Source: Oligoflexia bacterium (GTDB lineage Bacteria; Bdellovibrionota; UBA1018; CAIPTA01). From it: 57,798 nt of DNA. Each line of letters begins with the position of its first letter. Within the stretch, counting starts at the first letter, position 1. The notes beneath the pieces are model-generated. The model saw only the letters and a program-made list of their open reading frames with translations. It was not told the origin of the DNA and did not search any database. This document shows, piece by piece, positions 56,986-57,798 of the stretch. A program made the translations under genes and the position numbers. The stretch lies in contig CAIPTA010000122.1 in NCBI GenBank assembly GCA_903867855.1, positions 1 to 57,798 on the forward strand, in the 5' to 3' direction.

Positions 56986-57798
56986 GCAAAGTTAAAGCGA
57001 GCGTAATTTTAGCAACCTACGAATGGCCCGAGGCTCTCGCTCTCGTGCTCAGTGCGCTCTTGCGCCAAAGCGAGCAGAGCTTTGAAATCTTAATTGCAGA
57101 CGATGGATCGGGGCAGAGAACCGCCGATGTGGTTGCGCACTACCAAGCGCATTCGGATATTATGATTCAGCGCTTTTGGCAAGAGAATCAAGGATTCCGC
57201 AAGTGTCGAATTCTTAATCGTGCGATCCAAAAAGCGAATGGGAAAACGCTGATCTTCTTGGATGGCGATTGCATTCCTCACTATCGCTTTGTGGAGCAGC
57301 ATATAGCGCTTCAGCAGCGTGGCCACTATGTGGCTGGGCGCCGCGTAGATTTGAGCGAAGATTTTACTCGATCCCTAAAACCAGAAATGATTGATCATGG
57401 TTATTTGGAAAGCAAAAAGGCCCTCTTTGATCTTTTCTTCGATTCACTCAAGACAAATGGATCTGCACCTTTTCACCGTTCCTATATGGTGCGCACTCCC
57501 TTTTTGCGAAAAGTATCCGGGCTTGAAAAAGTAGTGGATTTGAAGGGCTGCAATTTTTCAGCGCAGAAGCTGGATATGCAGGCGATCGATGGTTTCGATG
57601 AGAGCTACGAAGGATACGGCCGCGAAGATACGGATGTAGAATTGCGTTTGCAAAATCTGGGCTTAAGAATCAAGAGTGCAAAAAATCTTTGCCTGCAATT
57701 TCATCTTTGGTACGCACCACGAGCTTTCACACCCACGAATGAAGAGCTCCTGAACGATGTGAAGCGCACCAAACGAATCCGAGCACTACGTGGTATCA
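56982..57798 (+). CDS. GT2 glycosyltransferase (runs off the window end; not in the ORF track)
   Basis: TTG start overlapping the previous stop. Reads MSKVKASVILATYEWP...IADDGS...FLDGDCIPH...GCNFS...GFDE.YEGYGRED. Confidence 0.9.
   Translation, partial: MSKVKASVILATYEWPEALALVLSALLRQSEQSFEILIADDGSGQRTADVVAHYQAHSDIMIQRFWQENQGFRKCRILNRAIQKANGKTLIFLDGDCIPHYRFVEQHIALQQRGHYVAGRRVDLSEDFTRSLKPEMIDHGYLESKKALFDLFFDSLKTNGSAPFHRSYMVRTPFLRKVSGLEKVVDLKGCNFSAQKLDMQAIDGFDESYEGYGREDTDVELRLQNLGLRIKSAKNLCLQFHLWYAPRAFTPTNEELLNDVKRTKRIRALRGI

Noticed and set aside
1-57798. CRISPR arrays, tRNA/rRNA genes, transposases, integrases, prophage or anti-phage defence genes
   Set aside because: None seen by eye. Intergenic gaps are short and lack repeat-spacer or cloverleaf patterns, and no ORF carries such motifs.

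Overview
Gene-dense bacterial chromosomal window, visually about 48% GC. The gene content (a Bd1075/Csd6-like LD-peptidase, stand-alone FecR protein, tetR-tolC-RND without an adaptor, many secreted hypotheticals) suggests Bdellovibrionota/Oligoflexia, but this is inference. In order it contains: (1) a potassium-homeostasis cluster (partial APC/KimA-like permease, CvrA/NhaP2 antiporter, an unannotated kdpF plus kdpABC and kdpDE); (2) secreted hydrolases and hypotheticals, msrB-msrA and an S53 peptidase; (3) a PAP2 plus two-lipoprotein operon; (4) SIMPL, 2OG-Fe(II) oxygenase and MMPL genes; (5) a BMP-type nucleoside ABC transporter, an HI0933 flavoprotein, ThrE, greB, App1 and dps; (6) tetR-tolC-RND and topA; (7) a pentapeptide-repeat gene, cytochrome b562-like gene, FAH-family gene and a type III PKS/methyltransferase pair; (8) a lethal-factor-like metallopeptidase; and (9) the start of an LPS glycosyltransferase cluster. 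I saw no CRISPR array, rRNA, tRNA, transposase or phage genes. The best leads are a structured, repeat-flanked noncoding element between the pentapeptide gene and topA, a K+ locus made of c-di-AMP-receptor-type proteins, a 15-bp periodic operator array next to an RBS-sequestering hairpin, several cryptic secreted enzymes, and a chimeric junction at the left edge. None of these is proven to be a new system from sequence alone.
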